The notes under the pieces are model-generated. The model was not told the DNA's origin, ran no database searches, and saw only the letters and a list, made by a program, of their open reading frames with translations. Position numbers and translations under genes: made by a program. 64,000 nucleotides of DNA. Source: Gemmatimonadota bacterium (GTDB taxonomy: Bacteria; Gemmatimonadota; Gemmatimonadetes; Longimicrobiales; Gaopeijiaceae). This document shows positions 19,766 to 29,573 of the stretch, in pieces (the first letter of the stretch is position 1; every line of letters begins with the position of its first letter). The stretch spans positions 1,632,001 to 1,696,000 of the forward strand of contig JAXHMG010000003.1 in NCBI GenBank assembly GCA_034521595.1, written 5' to 3'.

Positions 19766-21732
19766 GCACGATGCCCGGCCTGCAACGTGCGCTCGGTTGT
19801 GCGCTCGCCACGACGATCCTCGCCACTCCGCTCACGGGCCAGACCGTGGAGCGAGGCACCCCGACCGGAGAGTGGCGCTCCTGGGGCGCGGACCACTACG
19901 GGACCCGCTACACGCCCCTCGACCAGATCGACGCAGACAACTTCGAGGAGCTCGAAGTCGCATGGATCTGGCGGGGTGACAACTTCAGCCCGAACGGCCC
20001 GGACCGAATCCTCCGCTCCACCCCCGTCTACGCCGACGGCAAACTGTTCACGGTCGCGGGCAGCCGCCGTACCGCCGCAGCCATCGATCCCGCCACCGGT
20101 GAGACTTTGTGGATCTTCCGCGAAGAGCCGACCAAGCGGTACGAGGACTCGATGCGGAAGAATTACGGTAAGGGCGTCGCCTACGAGGAGGTCGACGGAC
20201 AGGGCCGGGTATACCTGATCACCCCGGCCTTCTTCCTCTGGGCGCTCGACGCCGACACCGGGCGGCCCGTCGAGGAGTTCGGCGACAAGGGTGTGGTGGA
20301 TCTCATCACGTACCTCGGCCCCTGGGAGCACGACCGGGAAGATGGGCTGCCTCCCGACGTGGGCTACATCACGAACTCCACCCCGCCCGTCATCGCCAAC
20401 GGCACGGTGATCGTCGGCAACTCCCACGAGCAGGGCTACTACCAGACGCGCCGCGAGAACGTGCCCGGCAACATCATGGGCTTCGATGCCGCGTCCGGGG
20501 AACACAAGTGGACCTTCAACGTGATCCCGCAGGAAGACGAGTTCGGGAACGACACCTGGCTGTCCGACGCGTGGCAGTACACGGGCAACGTCTCTGCCTG
20601 GGCGCCGATGACGGCGGATCCCGAGCTCGGACTGGTGTACGTCGGGACCGACCCACCGACCATCGACTATTACGGCGGGTTCCACCCCGGCGAGAACCTC
20701 TTCAGCACGACCATTCTCGCCCTCGACACCGAGACGGGCGAGCGCCGCTGGCACTTCCAGACCGTCCACCACGACATCTGGAACTACGACATGCCGGCGC
20801 AGCCCAACCTCCTCGACGTGACGATCGACGGCGAGCCGCGGAAGATCCTGGCGCAGACGACCAAGCAGAGCTTCGTCTACGTGTTGGATCGTGAGACCGG
20901 CGAGCCGATCTGGCCGATCGAGGAACGCCCGGTGCCGCAGTCGGACGTACCCGGGGAGTGGACGTCGCCGACCCAGCCCTTCCCCACCAAGCCCGCGGCC
21001 TACGAGATGCAGGGCCTCACCGAAGACGACCTCATCGACTTCACGCCCGAGTTGCGGGAAGAAGCGCTCGAGATCGTCAGCGAATACCGAATGGGCCCGC
21101 TCTTCAACCCACCCATGGTCTCGGGACAGGACGGACTCGTCGCGGCGATCCACTGCCCCGGGGCGAACGGAGGCACGAACATCCCGGGCGGCACCGTCGC
21201 GGACCCCGAGACCGGCATCCTGTACACCGCTACCCAACGCGGATGCAGCGCGCCGCGGCTCCAGCCCGGTACGGACGTCGACCCCGAGTCGAACGTGGAC
21301 TGGGTTTCGGTGGGTCCGGGTGGGGTGCGTGGTCCACGAGGCCTGCCCCTCGTGAAGCCTCCGTACGCGAGCATCACGGCCATCGACATGAACACCGGCG
21401 AGCATCTGTGGTCCATCCCCAACGGGTATACGCCGGACCGGATCCGGAACCATCCAGCACTCGAAGGGGTGGAGCTCGGCAACACCGGCTCGACCGGACA
21501 CGCCACGGCGCTCGTCACGGGATCGCTCTTCATCTACGCGGAAGGACGAGGGCAGCGTCCGATCCTGTACGCGATCGACAAGCGCACCGCCGAGTCCATC
21601 GGCCAGGTCGAGATCCCCGCCCCGACCAACACCGCTCCCATGAGCTACATGCACGACGGTGTCCAGTACATCGTGATGGCGGTGGGAGGGGCAGAGCTTC
21701 CGGGCTCGTTGGTGGCATTGAGGATCCCCTGA
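19762..21732 (+). CDS. PQQ-dependent dehydrogenase (quinoprotein glucose dehydrogenase family)
   Basis: RYTPLDQI, WHFQTVHHDIWNYD, PIWPIEERPVP, SPTQPFP, KPPY; signal peptide. Confidence 0.9.
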   Translation: MSTMPGLQRALGCALATTILATPLTGQTVERGTPTGEWRSWGADHYGTRYTPLDQIDADNFEELEVAWIWRGDNFSPNGPDRILRSTPVYADGKLFTVAGSRRTAAAIDPATGETLWIFREEPTKRYEDSMRKNYGKGVAYEEVDGQGRVYLITPAFFLWALDADTGRPVEEFGDKGVVDLITYLGPWEHDREDGLPPDVGYITNSTPPVIANGTVIVGNSHEQGYYQTRRENVPGNIMGFDAASGEHKWTFNVIPQEDEFGNDTWLSDAWQYTGNVSAWAPMTADPELGLVYVGTDPPTIDYYGGFHPGENLFSTTILALDTETGERRWHFQTVHHDIWNYDMPAQPNLLDVTIDGEPRKILAQTTKQSFVYVLDRETGEPIWPIEERPVPQSDVPGEWTSPTQPFPTKPAAYEMQGLTEDDLIDFTPELREEALEIVSEYRMGPLFNPPMVSGQDGLVAAIHCPGANGGTNIPGGTVADPETGILYTATQRGCSAPRLQPGTDVDPESNVDWVSVGPGGVRGPRGLPLVKPPYASITAIDMNTGEHLWSIPNGYTPDRIRNHPALEGVELGNTGSTGHATALVTGSLFIYAEGRGQRPILYAIDKRTAESIGQVEIPAPTNTAPMSYMHDGVQYIVMAVGGAELPGSLVALRIP

Positions 21733-21751
21733 CCCAAGGACTCGCTCCGGA

Positions 21752-22753
21752 ATGACGAGGGGAACGGACGAGCGACCCACCGCGGGAATCACCACCGTGG
21801 CGGGGATCGAGCTCGGCCACCACACACTCACGGAACGTCCGACCGGCTGCACGGTGATCCTCGCTCCGGCCGGGGCGGTGGGCGGGGTCGACGTGCGGGG
21901 GAGCGCCCCGGGCACGCGGGAGACCGCGCTCCTCGATCCGGTGAACTCGGTGGCCGTGGTGCATGCCGTCGTGCTCTCCGGCGGGAGCGCGTTCGGACTC
22001 GACGCGGCGTCCGGCGTCATGCGCTATCTCGACGAGCACGACGTCGGATACCGGGTGGGCGACAAAGTCGTGCCGATCGTGGTCGGCGCGATTCTCTATG
22101 ATCTGGACCTCGAGGGCGTTGACAGGATCCGTCCCGGACCGGAATCCGGATACGCCGCGGCCCGCACCGCCGCGAGAGGGGACGTCGCGGAGGGCTCGGT
22201 GGGCGCGGGCGCGGGCGCGACGGTCGGCAAGCTGCGAGGCACCGCGCGGGCCATGAAGGGTGGATTCGGCACGGCGTCCGTGACGCTGGACGGCGGCGTG
22301 ACGGTCGCCGCCGCGGTCGTCGTCAACGCCAGCGGCGACATCGTGGATCCCGCCACGGGTCGGGTCGTGGCCGGTGTGAGGACCGAGGACGCCACGGGGC
22401 TCGCCGACGCGCGCCTTCTCCTGCGGGAGCGCAGCGTCACGAGCGGCCGCGCCTCGGGCACGAACACCACGATCGGCGTCGTCGCCACCAACGCGACGCT
22501 GACCAAGGCCCAGGCGACGAAGGTGGCGCAGATGGGCCAGGACGGCGTCGCCCGCGCCGTCTATCCGGCACACACCATGTACGACGGGGACGTGATCTTC
22601 ACTCTGGCCACGGGCCACCTTCCCGATACACCCGACGTCACACGGATCGGCGCCTTGGCCGCCGACGTCGTGGCGGAGGCGATCCTCCGCGCGGTGCACT
22701 CGGCCGAGCCGCTCCCCGGCCTGCCGAGCGCCCGGGACCTTGCCCGCCGGTGA
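21752..22753 (+). CDS. P1/S58 (DmpA-like) peptidase
   Basis: [37 protein letters not shown]. Confidence 0.9.
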   Translation: MTRGTDERPTAGITTVAGIELGHHTLTERPTGCTVILAPAGAVGGVDVRGSAPGTRETALLDPVNSVAVVHAVVLSGGSAFGLDAASGVMRYLDEHDVGYRVGDKVVPIVVGAILYDLDLEGVDRIRPGPESGYAAARTAARGDVAEGSVGAGAGATVGKLRGTARAMKGGFGTASVTLDGGVTVAAAVVVNASGDIVDPATGRVVAGVRTEDATGLADARLLLRERSVTSGRASGTNTTIGVVATNATLTKAQATKVAQMGQDGVARAVYPAHTMYDGDVIFTLATGHLPDTPDVTRIGALAADVVAEAILRAVHSAEPLPGLPSARDLARR

Positions 22754-22893
22754 GGGTGCCTCCGAAGATCCACCGGACACACTCTACCGCCACCGCCTTG
22801 CTCCGGTTCGAAATCTGCCTAACCTGTTGGGTTCCGAACGGGCCGAAGCGGCCCAGCCCACCTCGTCTCGACAACTCCGAGGACGACCGACAG

Positions 22894-25119
22894 ATGACCC
22901 AGTCACCTCCGATCATTTACACCCTGACCGACGAAGCCCCCGCCCTCGCCACCCATGCGCTACTTCCGGTGGTGCGGGCGTTCGCAGGAGCTACGGGTGT
23001 GCCGGTGGAGACACGGGACATCTCGCTGGCCGGACGCACGCTCGGCGCCTTCGCGGACCGACTCGCTGACGGCCAGCAGGACGCGGATGATCTGGCCGAG
23101 CTCGGCCAGATGGTCGAGCAGCCCGAAGCGAACGTCATCAAGCTACCCAACATCAGCGCTTCCGTACCGCAGCTCACGGCATGCATCAAGGAGCTACAGG
23201 CCAAGGGCTATGCCCTGCCCGATTATCCGCACGAGCCGGAGAGTGACGAGGAGCGTGCCGTACGGGCCCGGTACGACAAGGTCAAGGGAAGCGCGGTCAA
23301 CCCGGTGCTCCGACAAGGAAATTCCGACCGCCGCATCCCCCGCTCGGTCAAGGAGTTCTCGCGCTCCCACCCACCGCGCATGTCCGAGTGGCCCGACGAC
23401 TCCAAGACACACGTCGCCACGATGAGCGAGGGGGACTTCCGGAACAGCGAGCGCTCGGTGACGCTCGACGGCGCCACCAACGCCCGCGTCGAGTTGGTCA
23501 CGGACGACGGACGAGTCATCGTCTTGAAGGAGTCGATCCCGCTCGAAGACGGTGAGGTGCTCGACGCCGCTGTCATGAGCCGGAAAGCCCTCATCTCCTT
23601 CCTCGAAGCCCAGGTCCGGGACGCGAAGGAGCGCGGCGTGTTGTTCTCGCTCCATATGAAGGCCACGATGATGAAGGTGTCCGATCCGATCATCTTCGGA
23701 CACTGCGTGCGCGTCTTCTTCAAGGACGTCTTCGACAAACACGCATCGACGCTCGAAGAGCTCGGTGTCGACCCGAACAACGGGTTCGGCGACCTGGTGT
23801 CGAAGATCGAAACGCTGCCAGAGGACCGCCGTGCCGAGATCGAGGCGGATATCGAAGCGGTCTACGACCGGGGGCCGGGCATCGCCATGGTCGACTCGCA
23901 CCGCGGCATCACGAACCTCCACGTGCCGAGCGACATCATCATCGACGCGTCGATGCCCCCGATGATCCGGGACTCCGGACGCATGTGGAACGCCGACGAC
24001 GCGCTCCAGGACTGCAAGGCGATCATTCCCGACTCCAGCTACGCCGGCATCTACGACGCCGTCGTGCGCGACTGCCAGGAACGCGGTCAGTTCGACCCCT
24101 CGACGATGGGAAGTGTGTCGAACGTCGGCCTCATGGCCCAAAAAGCGGAAGAATACGGCTCACACGACAAGACGTTCGAGATCCCCGAAGCCGGCACGGT
24201 GCGCGTGGTCGATTCCGACGACCGCACCTTGCTCGAGCACACAGTGGACGTCGGCGACCTCTGGCGAGCCTGCCAGACCAAGGATGTGGCGGTGCGCGAC
24301 TGGGTGAAGCTCGCGGTCAACCGGGCTCGGGCGACCGGCACTCCGGCGGTATTCTGGCTCGACGAAGCGCGAGCACACGACGCGGAGCTCATCCGGAAGG
24401 TGGAGCGTTACCTCGAGGACGAAGACACCGACGGGCTCCAGATCGAGATTCTCCCGCCCGTCGAAGCCATGCGCTTTTCGCTGGACCGAATCCGGCGCGG
24501 AGAGGACACGATCTCGGTGACGGGTAACGTGCTCCGTGACTACCTCACGGACCTCTTCCCGATCCTGGAGATCGGCACCAGCGCCCGCATGCTCTCGATC
24601 GTCCCGCTTCTGAACGGGGGCGGCCTGTTCGAAACCGGCGCCGGAGGATCGGCGCCGAAGCACGTGCAGCAGTTCCAGAAGGAGGGGCACATCCGCTGGG
24701 ACTCGCTCGGAGAGTACCTCGCGCTGGCCGCCTCGCTCCAACACCTGGGAGAGAAGTTCGACAACGCCGGAGCCCACGTGCTCGGAGACGCGCTCGACGC
24801 CGCCACCGCGCGCTACCTCGAAGAGGCGCGCGCACCGAAACGCAAGGTGCACGAGCTCGACAACCGGGGCAGCACGTTCTACCTGACGCTCTACTGGGCG
24901 GAAGCCTTGGCCGACCAGACGTCGGCGCCCAAGCTGGCGGAGCGGTTCCGATCCGTGGCCCGGGAGCTTCGCGACAACGAGGCCACGATCCTCGAGGAGT
25001 TGGACGCCGCGCAGGGGAGCTCGCAGGACCTCGGTGGCTACTACCTCCCGGATTGGGACCGCGCGAGCGAGGCCATGCGACCGAGCGCCACTCTGAACCG
25101 GATCATCGACGACGTCTGA
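22894..25119 (+). CDS. icd: Monomeric NADP-dependent isocitrate dehydrogenase
   Basis: [41 protein letters not shown]. Confidence 0.97.
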   Translation: MTQSPPIIYTLTDEAPALATHALLPVVRAFAGATGVPVETRDISLAGRTLGAFADRLADGQQDADDLAELGQMVEQPEANVIKLPNISASVPQLTACIKELQAKGYALPDYPHEPESDEERAVRARYDKVKGSAVNPVLRQGNSDRRIPRSVKEFSRSHPPRMSEWPDDSKTHVATMSEGDFRNSERSVTLDGATNARVELVTDDGRVIVLKESIPLEDGEVLDAAVMSRKALISFLEAQVRDAKERGVLFSLHMKATMMKVSDPIIFGHCVRVFFKDVFDKHASTLEELGVDPNNGFGDLVSKIETLPEDRRAEIEADIEAVYDRGPGIAMVDSHRGITNLHVPSDIIIDASMPPMIRDSGRMWNADDALQDCKAIIPDSSYAGIYDAVVRDCQERGQFDPSTMGSVSNVGLMAQKAEEYGSHDKTFEIPEAGTVRVVDSDDRTLLEHTVDVGDLWRACQTKDVAVRDWVKLAVNRARATGTPAVFWLDEARAHDAELIRKVERYLEDEDTDGLQIEILPPVEAMRFSLDRIRRGEDTISVTGNVLRDYLTDLFPILEIGTSARMLSIVPLLNGGGLFETGAGGSAPKHVQQFQKEGHIRWDSLGEYLALAASLQHLGEKFDNAGAHVLGDALDAATARYLEEARAPKRKVHELDNRGSTFYLTLYWAEALADQTSAPKLAERFRSVARELRDNEATILEELDAAQGSSQDLGGYYLPDWDRASEAMRPSATLNRIIDDV

Positions 25120-25201
25120 CCATCACCGCATCAAACAATTTGGTCGGCTCGCGCGTCCGTAGAGGTGTGCCTTAGCTCCACGTTCCTCCAGCCCGAACCA
25201 C

Positions 25202-26554
25202 ATGACCTCCGCCATCCAGCGCTTCGCGAACATTCGCAGGGAGGAGGTGCTCCCGCTTCTGGCTTCGGTGCTCTTCTTCTTCTGCGTGCTCTCGGCGCTC
25301 ATGGTGGTCCGGCCGGCCCGCGAAGCGCTCGGCATGGAAAGCGGGCTGGACACGGTGCGCTGGCTCTTCGTCGGCACCGCGGTCGTGACGCTCGCGGTGA
25401 ACCCGGTCTTCGGATTCCTGGTGGCGAGGTTCCGCCGGCTCTCCTTCATCGCCGCGACCTACTTCTTCTTCGCGGGGAGCCTCTTGGTGTTCTGGGCGCT
25501 CCTGAGGTTCACGCCGGACGCGACCGGAGAGATCACGGGCCGGGTCTTCTACGTCTGGTTCAGCGTCTTCAACCTGTTCAGCACCATGGTGTTCTGGGCG
25601 CTGATGGCCGATCGGTTCTCCTTCGAGCAGTCGAAGCGACTCTTCGGTGTGGTCGCGGTGGGTGGCACGCTCGGCGCCATCTTCGGCCCCTGGCTCGCGT
25701 GGAACATCGTGGAATCCGTGGGCACGGCGAACCTCATCCTGATCGCGGTGGGGTTCCTCTGTCTGGCGGTGCTCGCGGCCGCGTGGGTCGCCTGGTTACA
25801 GCCGCAACAGGGTGAGCCGGACCCCGACGCCCCGGAGAGTGCCCCGGCCGTGCCCGGACAGCCCGCCGTCGACCGGAACGCGGCGATCGGCGGAAGCGCG
25901 TGGGAGGGGTTCCGGGCGGTCTTCAGGTCCCGGTACCTGCTCGCCATCTGCGCGTTCGTCCTCATCTTGGCGGTCATGGCCACGTTCATCTACTTCACGC
26001 GCCTCGCGATGGTCGCCGAGGTCGCGGACGAGACCGATGCCCGCACCGCTCTCTTCGCGAACATCGACATGTGGACGCAGATCGCGACCCTGGTGCTTCA
26101 GCTCTTCGTGGCCGGTCACCTCATGAAGCGCATCGGCGTATCGATAACTCTAATGCTGCTGCCGATCACGGTTCTACTCGGGTTCATCGGGCTCGCGATC
26201 GTCGGAACGATCGCGGCGCTCATCATCTTCGAAGCGACGTTCCGTGCCGTGCAGCGAGCGATCATGCGTCCCGCCCGCGAAACCCTGTTCACGGTCGTGA
26301 GCCGCGAAGACAAGTACAAAGCCAAGGCGTTCATCGACACCTTCGTCTACCGCGGCGGCGATGTCGTGGGTGCGTGGACCGAAGGGCTCCTCGGCCGCCT
26401 GGGCATGGGTCTGGCGGGCCTCGCGACCCTGGTGTTCCCGCTCGCGATCCTCTGGGGGATCCTCGGCGTGTGGTTGGGACGCCAACAGGGACGGATCGCG
26501 GACCGGATCGAAGAAAATGCCCGTGAGAACGAGACCGGCGCGCTCACATATTGA
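25202..26554 (+). CDS. ATP:ADP antiporter (AAA/NTT)-like MFS transporter
   Basis: FYVWFSVFNLF, RPARETLFTV..KYKAKAFIDTFVYRGGD; about 12 TM helices. Confidence 0.85.
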   Translation: MTSAIQRFANIRREEVLPLLASVLFFFCVLSALMVVRPAREALGMESGLDTVRWLFVGTAVVTLAVNPVFGFLVARFRRLSFIAATYFFFAGSLLVFWALLRFTPDATGEITGRVFYVWFSVFNLFSTMVFWALMADRFSFEQSKRLFGVVAVGGTLGAIFGPWLAWNIVESVGTANLILIAVGFLCLAVLAAAWVAWLQPQQGEPDPDAPESAPAVPGQPAVDRNAAIGGSAWEGFRAVFRSRYLLAICAFVLILAVMATFIYFTRLAMVAEVADETDARTALFANIDMWTQIATLVLQLFVAGHLMKRIGVSITLMLLPITVLLGFIGLAIVGTIAALIIFEATFRAVQRAIMRPARETLFTVVSREDKYKAKAFIDTFVYRGGDVVGAWTEGLLGRLGMGLAGLATLVFPLAILWGILGVWLGRQQGRIADRIEENARENETGALTY

Positions 26555-26578
26555 AACCGGGTCGCGGCGCGCGGCGTA
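26552..26578 (+). promoter_or_regulatory. SigW-type ECF promoter TGAAAC-N17-CGTA
   Basis: Both boxes match the SigW consensus; about 60 bp upstream of the DUF305 start. Confidence 0.6.
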
Positions 26579-26637
26579 GGAGTATACGTTCGCTGCATCC
26601 GAGCCGCATCGCTCGTGAACCCTGGACGGAGGAGCTC

Positions 26638-27360
26638 GTGCCCCGCTCGAAATGCTCCCTGATGATCGTGACGCTTTTGGTCCCCCTCTTGGCCGGCTGC
26701 GGCACGGGAGGCGCCACCCAAGCCGAAGACCCCGCGCCTCCGCCGCCTGATCCGTCCGACGAATCCGCCGAAGCACCGCTGTCCGACGCCGAGATCGAAG
26801 CCCTCTACCGGGAGCGCGTCGAGGAAAGCCGGACCCGCTTCACCGAGGCCGACGTCCGCTTCATGACCGACATGATCCACCACCACGCACAGGCGGTCGA
26901 GATCTCGCGCTTCGCGCCCGACCGGGGTGCGAGCCGCCAGATCAGAACGCTCGCGGCACGGATCATCAACGCTCAGCAGGACGAGATCGAGACCATGCGA
27001 CGATGGCTCGAGGATCGTGATCAACCGGTGCCCGAGCTCCACGAGGAAGGCGACCGCGTCATGGTCCGCGGAGGCGCCCCCGTCGACATGGGCGAGATGC
27101 CCGGCATGCTCAGCCGGGAGCAGATCGAGCGACTGAAAGCCGCACGCGGCCGAGAGTTCGACCGCCTCTTTCTCACGTTCATGATCGAGCATCACGAAGG
27201 GGCGGTGACCATGGTCCGCGAGCTCTTCGGGACGGACGGTGCCGGTCAGGACGAGGACGTATTCCGTTTCGCCTCGGACGTCCAGGTCGACCAGGCCACC
27301 GAAGTCGACCGCATGCAGCAAATGCTCGAAGCGATGCCGCCGAGCGGCGGCGGCCGATGA
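26638..27360 (+). CDS. DUF305 (CopM-like, ferritin-fold) lipoprotein
   Basis: Lipobox [33 protein letters not shown] before the GTG start. Confidence 0.9.
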   Translation: MPRSKCSLMIVTLLVPLLAGCGTGGATQAEDPAPPPPDPSDESAEAPLSDAEIEALYRERVEESRTRFTEADVRFMTDMIHHHAQAVEISRFAPDRGASRQIRTLAARIINAQQDEIETMRRWLEDRDQPVPELHEEGDRVMVRGGAPVDMGEMPGMLSREQIERLKAARGREFDRLFLTFMIEHHEGAVTMVRELFGTDGAGQDEDVFRFASDVQVDQATEVDRMQQMLEAMPPSGGGR

Positions 27361-27392
27361 CCGACCCGTACCCTCCGGAACAGGAAGCAGAC

Positions 27393-29573
27393 ATGAGATC
27401 CGATTCCCCGTCCCCGTCCACGGAGCGAACCCGGCTGCGCGCCGGTGCCTGGGCGCTGGCTGCCGGCCTCGCGGTCGGTGCGACCGCCTGCACTTCGTCC
27501 TCGGGCATGCCGTCGGCCGCGCCGGCGGAGGTCGAGCGGCAGGTCCAACCTTTCTCGGAGACGAGCCCCCCGTCCCCGGACCCGCGGGTCGGTCTCGGAG
27601 CCGGTCTCATGGACGCCGAGGAGGCGATCTGGAACCTGAAAAAGGTTTCGTCGACCCCGCCACCGGAGGACTTCATCGGAGTGACGAACTCCGACCTGGC
27701 GTTCAAGGACGACTACGTCATCCAGGGGAACTACAACGGCTTCCAGATCTGGGACGTCTCGGAGCCGGCCGACCCCGTGTTGGTGGAAGCTTTCGTCTGC
27801 CCGGCCTCACAGAGCGACGTGTCGGTCTACGAGGACTTGCTTTTCGTCTCCGGTGAGGGACTCGGCGGCCGCGTGGACTGTGGCGTCCAGGGTGTACCCC
27901 AAGCGGTGAGCGAGGACCGGCTCCGCGGCATCCGCATCTTCGACATCTCGGACCTCCGCAACCCCGAGTACATCGCGAACGTGCAGACGTGCCGCGGCTC
28001 GCACACGCACACCGTGCTCAAGGATCCGGCCGACGACGAGAACGTCTACATCTACGTTTCCGGCTCGGCCCCGGTGCGTCCGGACGAGGAGCTTCCCGGG
28101 TGCGTGAGCGTGATGCCGGACGAGGACCCGAACACGGCGCTCTTCCGCATCGAAGTAATTCAGGTCCCGTTGGCGAACCCCGAGGCGGCCGAGATCGTCA
28201 GCTCGCCGCGGATCTTCGAGAACCTCGAAGCCCCACCCACACACGGTCCTGCACCCGCGGATCGCGAGGCGATCGAGGAGGCCCGGGAAGCGGGTGCCTT
28301 CGTCATCGAGGTCATGGGCGAAGAGATGATCCTTCCGGACGAGTCGGCCGACGCGCTTCTCTCACAGGTCGTGGAACAGCGCGGCGGATCGGGTCCACCC
28401 ACGGCCGCCGACAGCGCCGCGCTCCGTGAGCGCCTTCCCTCCATCGTCCAGCAAATGATGGGCATGCCCGAAGGAGCGGAGAACGGTGCCGAGCCCGGTC
28501 CCACGCAGTGCCACGACATCACCGTGTATCCGGAGATCGGAGTCGCGGGTGGCGCCTGCGAGGGGTACGGGCTGCTCCTCGACATCGAGGATCCGGTCGA
28601 ACCAACCCGGCTCACGGCAGTCGCCGACTCCAACTTCTCGTACTGGCACTCGGCGACTTTCAACAACGACGGCAGCAAGGTGCTGTTCACCGACGAGTGG
28701 GGTGGCGGCGGCCAGCCGAAGTGCCGGGAATCGGACCCGAAGGAGTGGGGCGCGAACGCCATCTTCACGATTCAGGACGGGGACATGCAGTTCGAGAGCT
28801 ACTACAAGCTCCCCGCGCCCCAGACCTCACTGGAAAACTGCGTGGCGCACAACGGATCCATGATTCCGGTGCCCGGACGTGACATCATGGTACAGTCGTG
28901 GTACCAGGGCGGCATCTCGATCTTCGACTGGACCGACCCGGAGAACCCGTTCGAGATCGCGTTCCACGACCGCGGTCCCGTGGATTCGACACGCCAGGCC
29001 TCCGGCGGAAGCTGGTCCGTCTACTGGTACAACGGCATGCTCGTGAACTCGGAGATCGCGCGCGGGCTCGACATCTTCGAGCTCGAGCCCAGCGGCTACC
29101 TGACTCGGAACGAGATCGACGCCGCCAACACCGTGCAGCTCGACTACCTGAACGCGCAGGGCCAGCCGCAGTACCAGTGGCCGCCGTCGTTCGCGTTGGC
29201 TCGGGCGTACGTGGACCAGCTGGAGCGCTGGGACGGGTTGGACCTCCCGCGGATCGCGGCCGTGCGACAGGCGCTCCGAAGCGCGGAAGAGGCTTCGGGA
29301 TCGGCTCGCGCCTCGACACTGAACACGTTGGCCGACGAGCTCGAGCGGGACGCGAGCGGTGCCGCGGCCCCGGAGAAAGGTCAGGACGCTGGCCGAGGCG
29401 GTGCGGGAGCTGGCCTCGTCGTCATGACGACGCATCCGAGCGCGTCCGGCGCGTCCAACACCGCGTCAGGAATGCCCCACCCGTCGACGAGGGTGAGGGC
29501 CACCGGGCGGAGCGCTCGGCACAACACGCCGACCTCCGCCCGGATGGCCCGACTCTTGACCGGTTCCACGTAG
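27393..29573 (+). CDS. LVIVD-repeat beta-propeller lipoprotein; probable +1 frameshift near the 3' end (restored stop at 29427)
   Basis: Lipobox-like ATAC, NSDLAF, CRGSHTHT, CHDIT, WHSATF, DEWGGG, CVAHNGS; alternative start 27357. Confidence 0.85.
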   Translation: MRSDSPSPSTERTRLRAGAWALAAGLAVGATACTSSSGMPSAAPAEVERQVQPFSETSPPSPDPRVGLGAGLMDAEEAIWNLKKVSSTPPPEDFIGVTNSDLAFKDDYVIQGNYNGFQIWDVSEPADPVLVEAFVCPASQSDVSVYEDLLFVSGEGLGGRVDCGVQGVPQAVSEDRLRGIRIFDISDLRNPEYIANVQTCRGSHTHTVLKDPADDENVYIYVSGSAPVRPDEELPGCVSVMPDEDPNTALFRIEVIQVPLANPEAAEIVSSPRIFENLEAPPTHGPAPADREAIEEAREAGAFVIEVMGEEMILPDESADALLSQVVEQRGGSGPPTAADSAALRERLPSIVQQMMGMPEGAENGAEPGPTQCHDITVYPEIGVAGGACEGYGLLLDIEDPVEPTRLTAVADSNFSYWHSATFNNDGSKVLFTDEWGGGGQPKCRESDPKEWGANAIFTIQDGDMQFESYYKLPAPQTSLENCVAHNGSMIPVPGRDIMVQSWYQGGISIFDWTDPENPFEIAFHDRGPVDSTRQASGGSWSVYWYNGMLVNSEIARGLDIFELEPSGYLTRNEIDAANTVQLDYLNAQGQPQYQWPPSFALARAYVDQLERWDGLDLPRIAAVRQALRSAEEASGSARASTLNTLADELERDASGAAAPEKGQDAGRGGAGAGLVVMTTHPSASGASNTASGMPHPSTRVRATGRSARHNTPTSARMARLLTGST

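Noticed and set aside
19618..22020. 800-aa minus-strand ORF
   Set aside because: Antisense shadow of the PQQ dehydrogenase, expected from high-GC codon bias; no recognisable motifs
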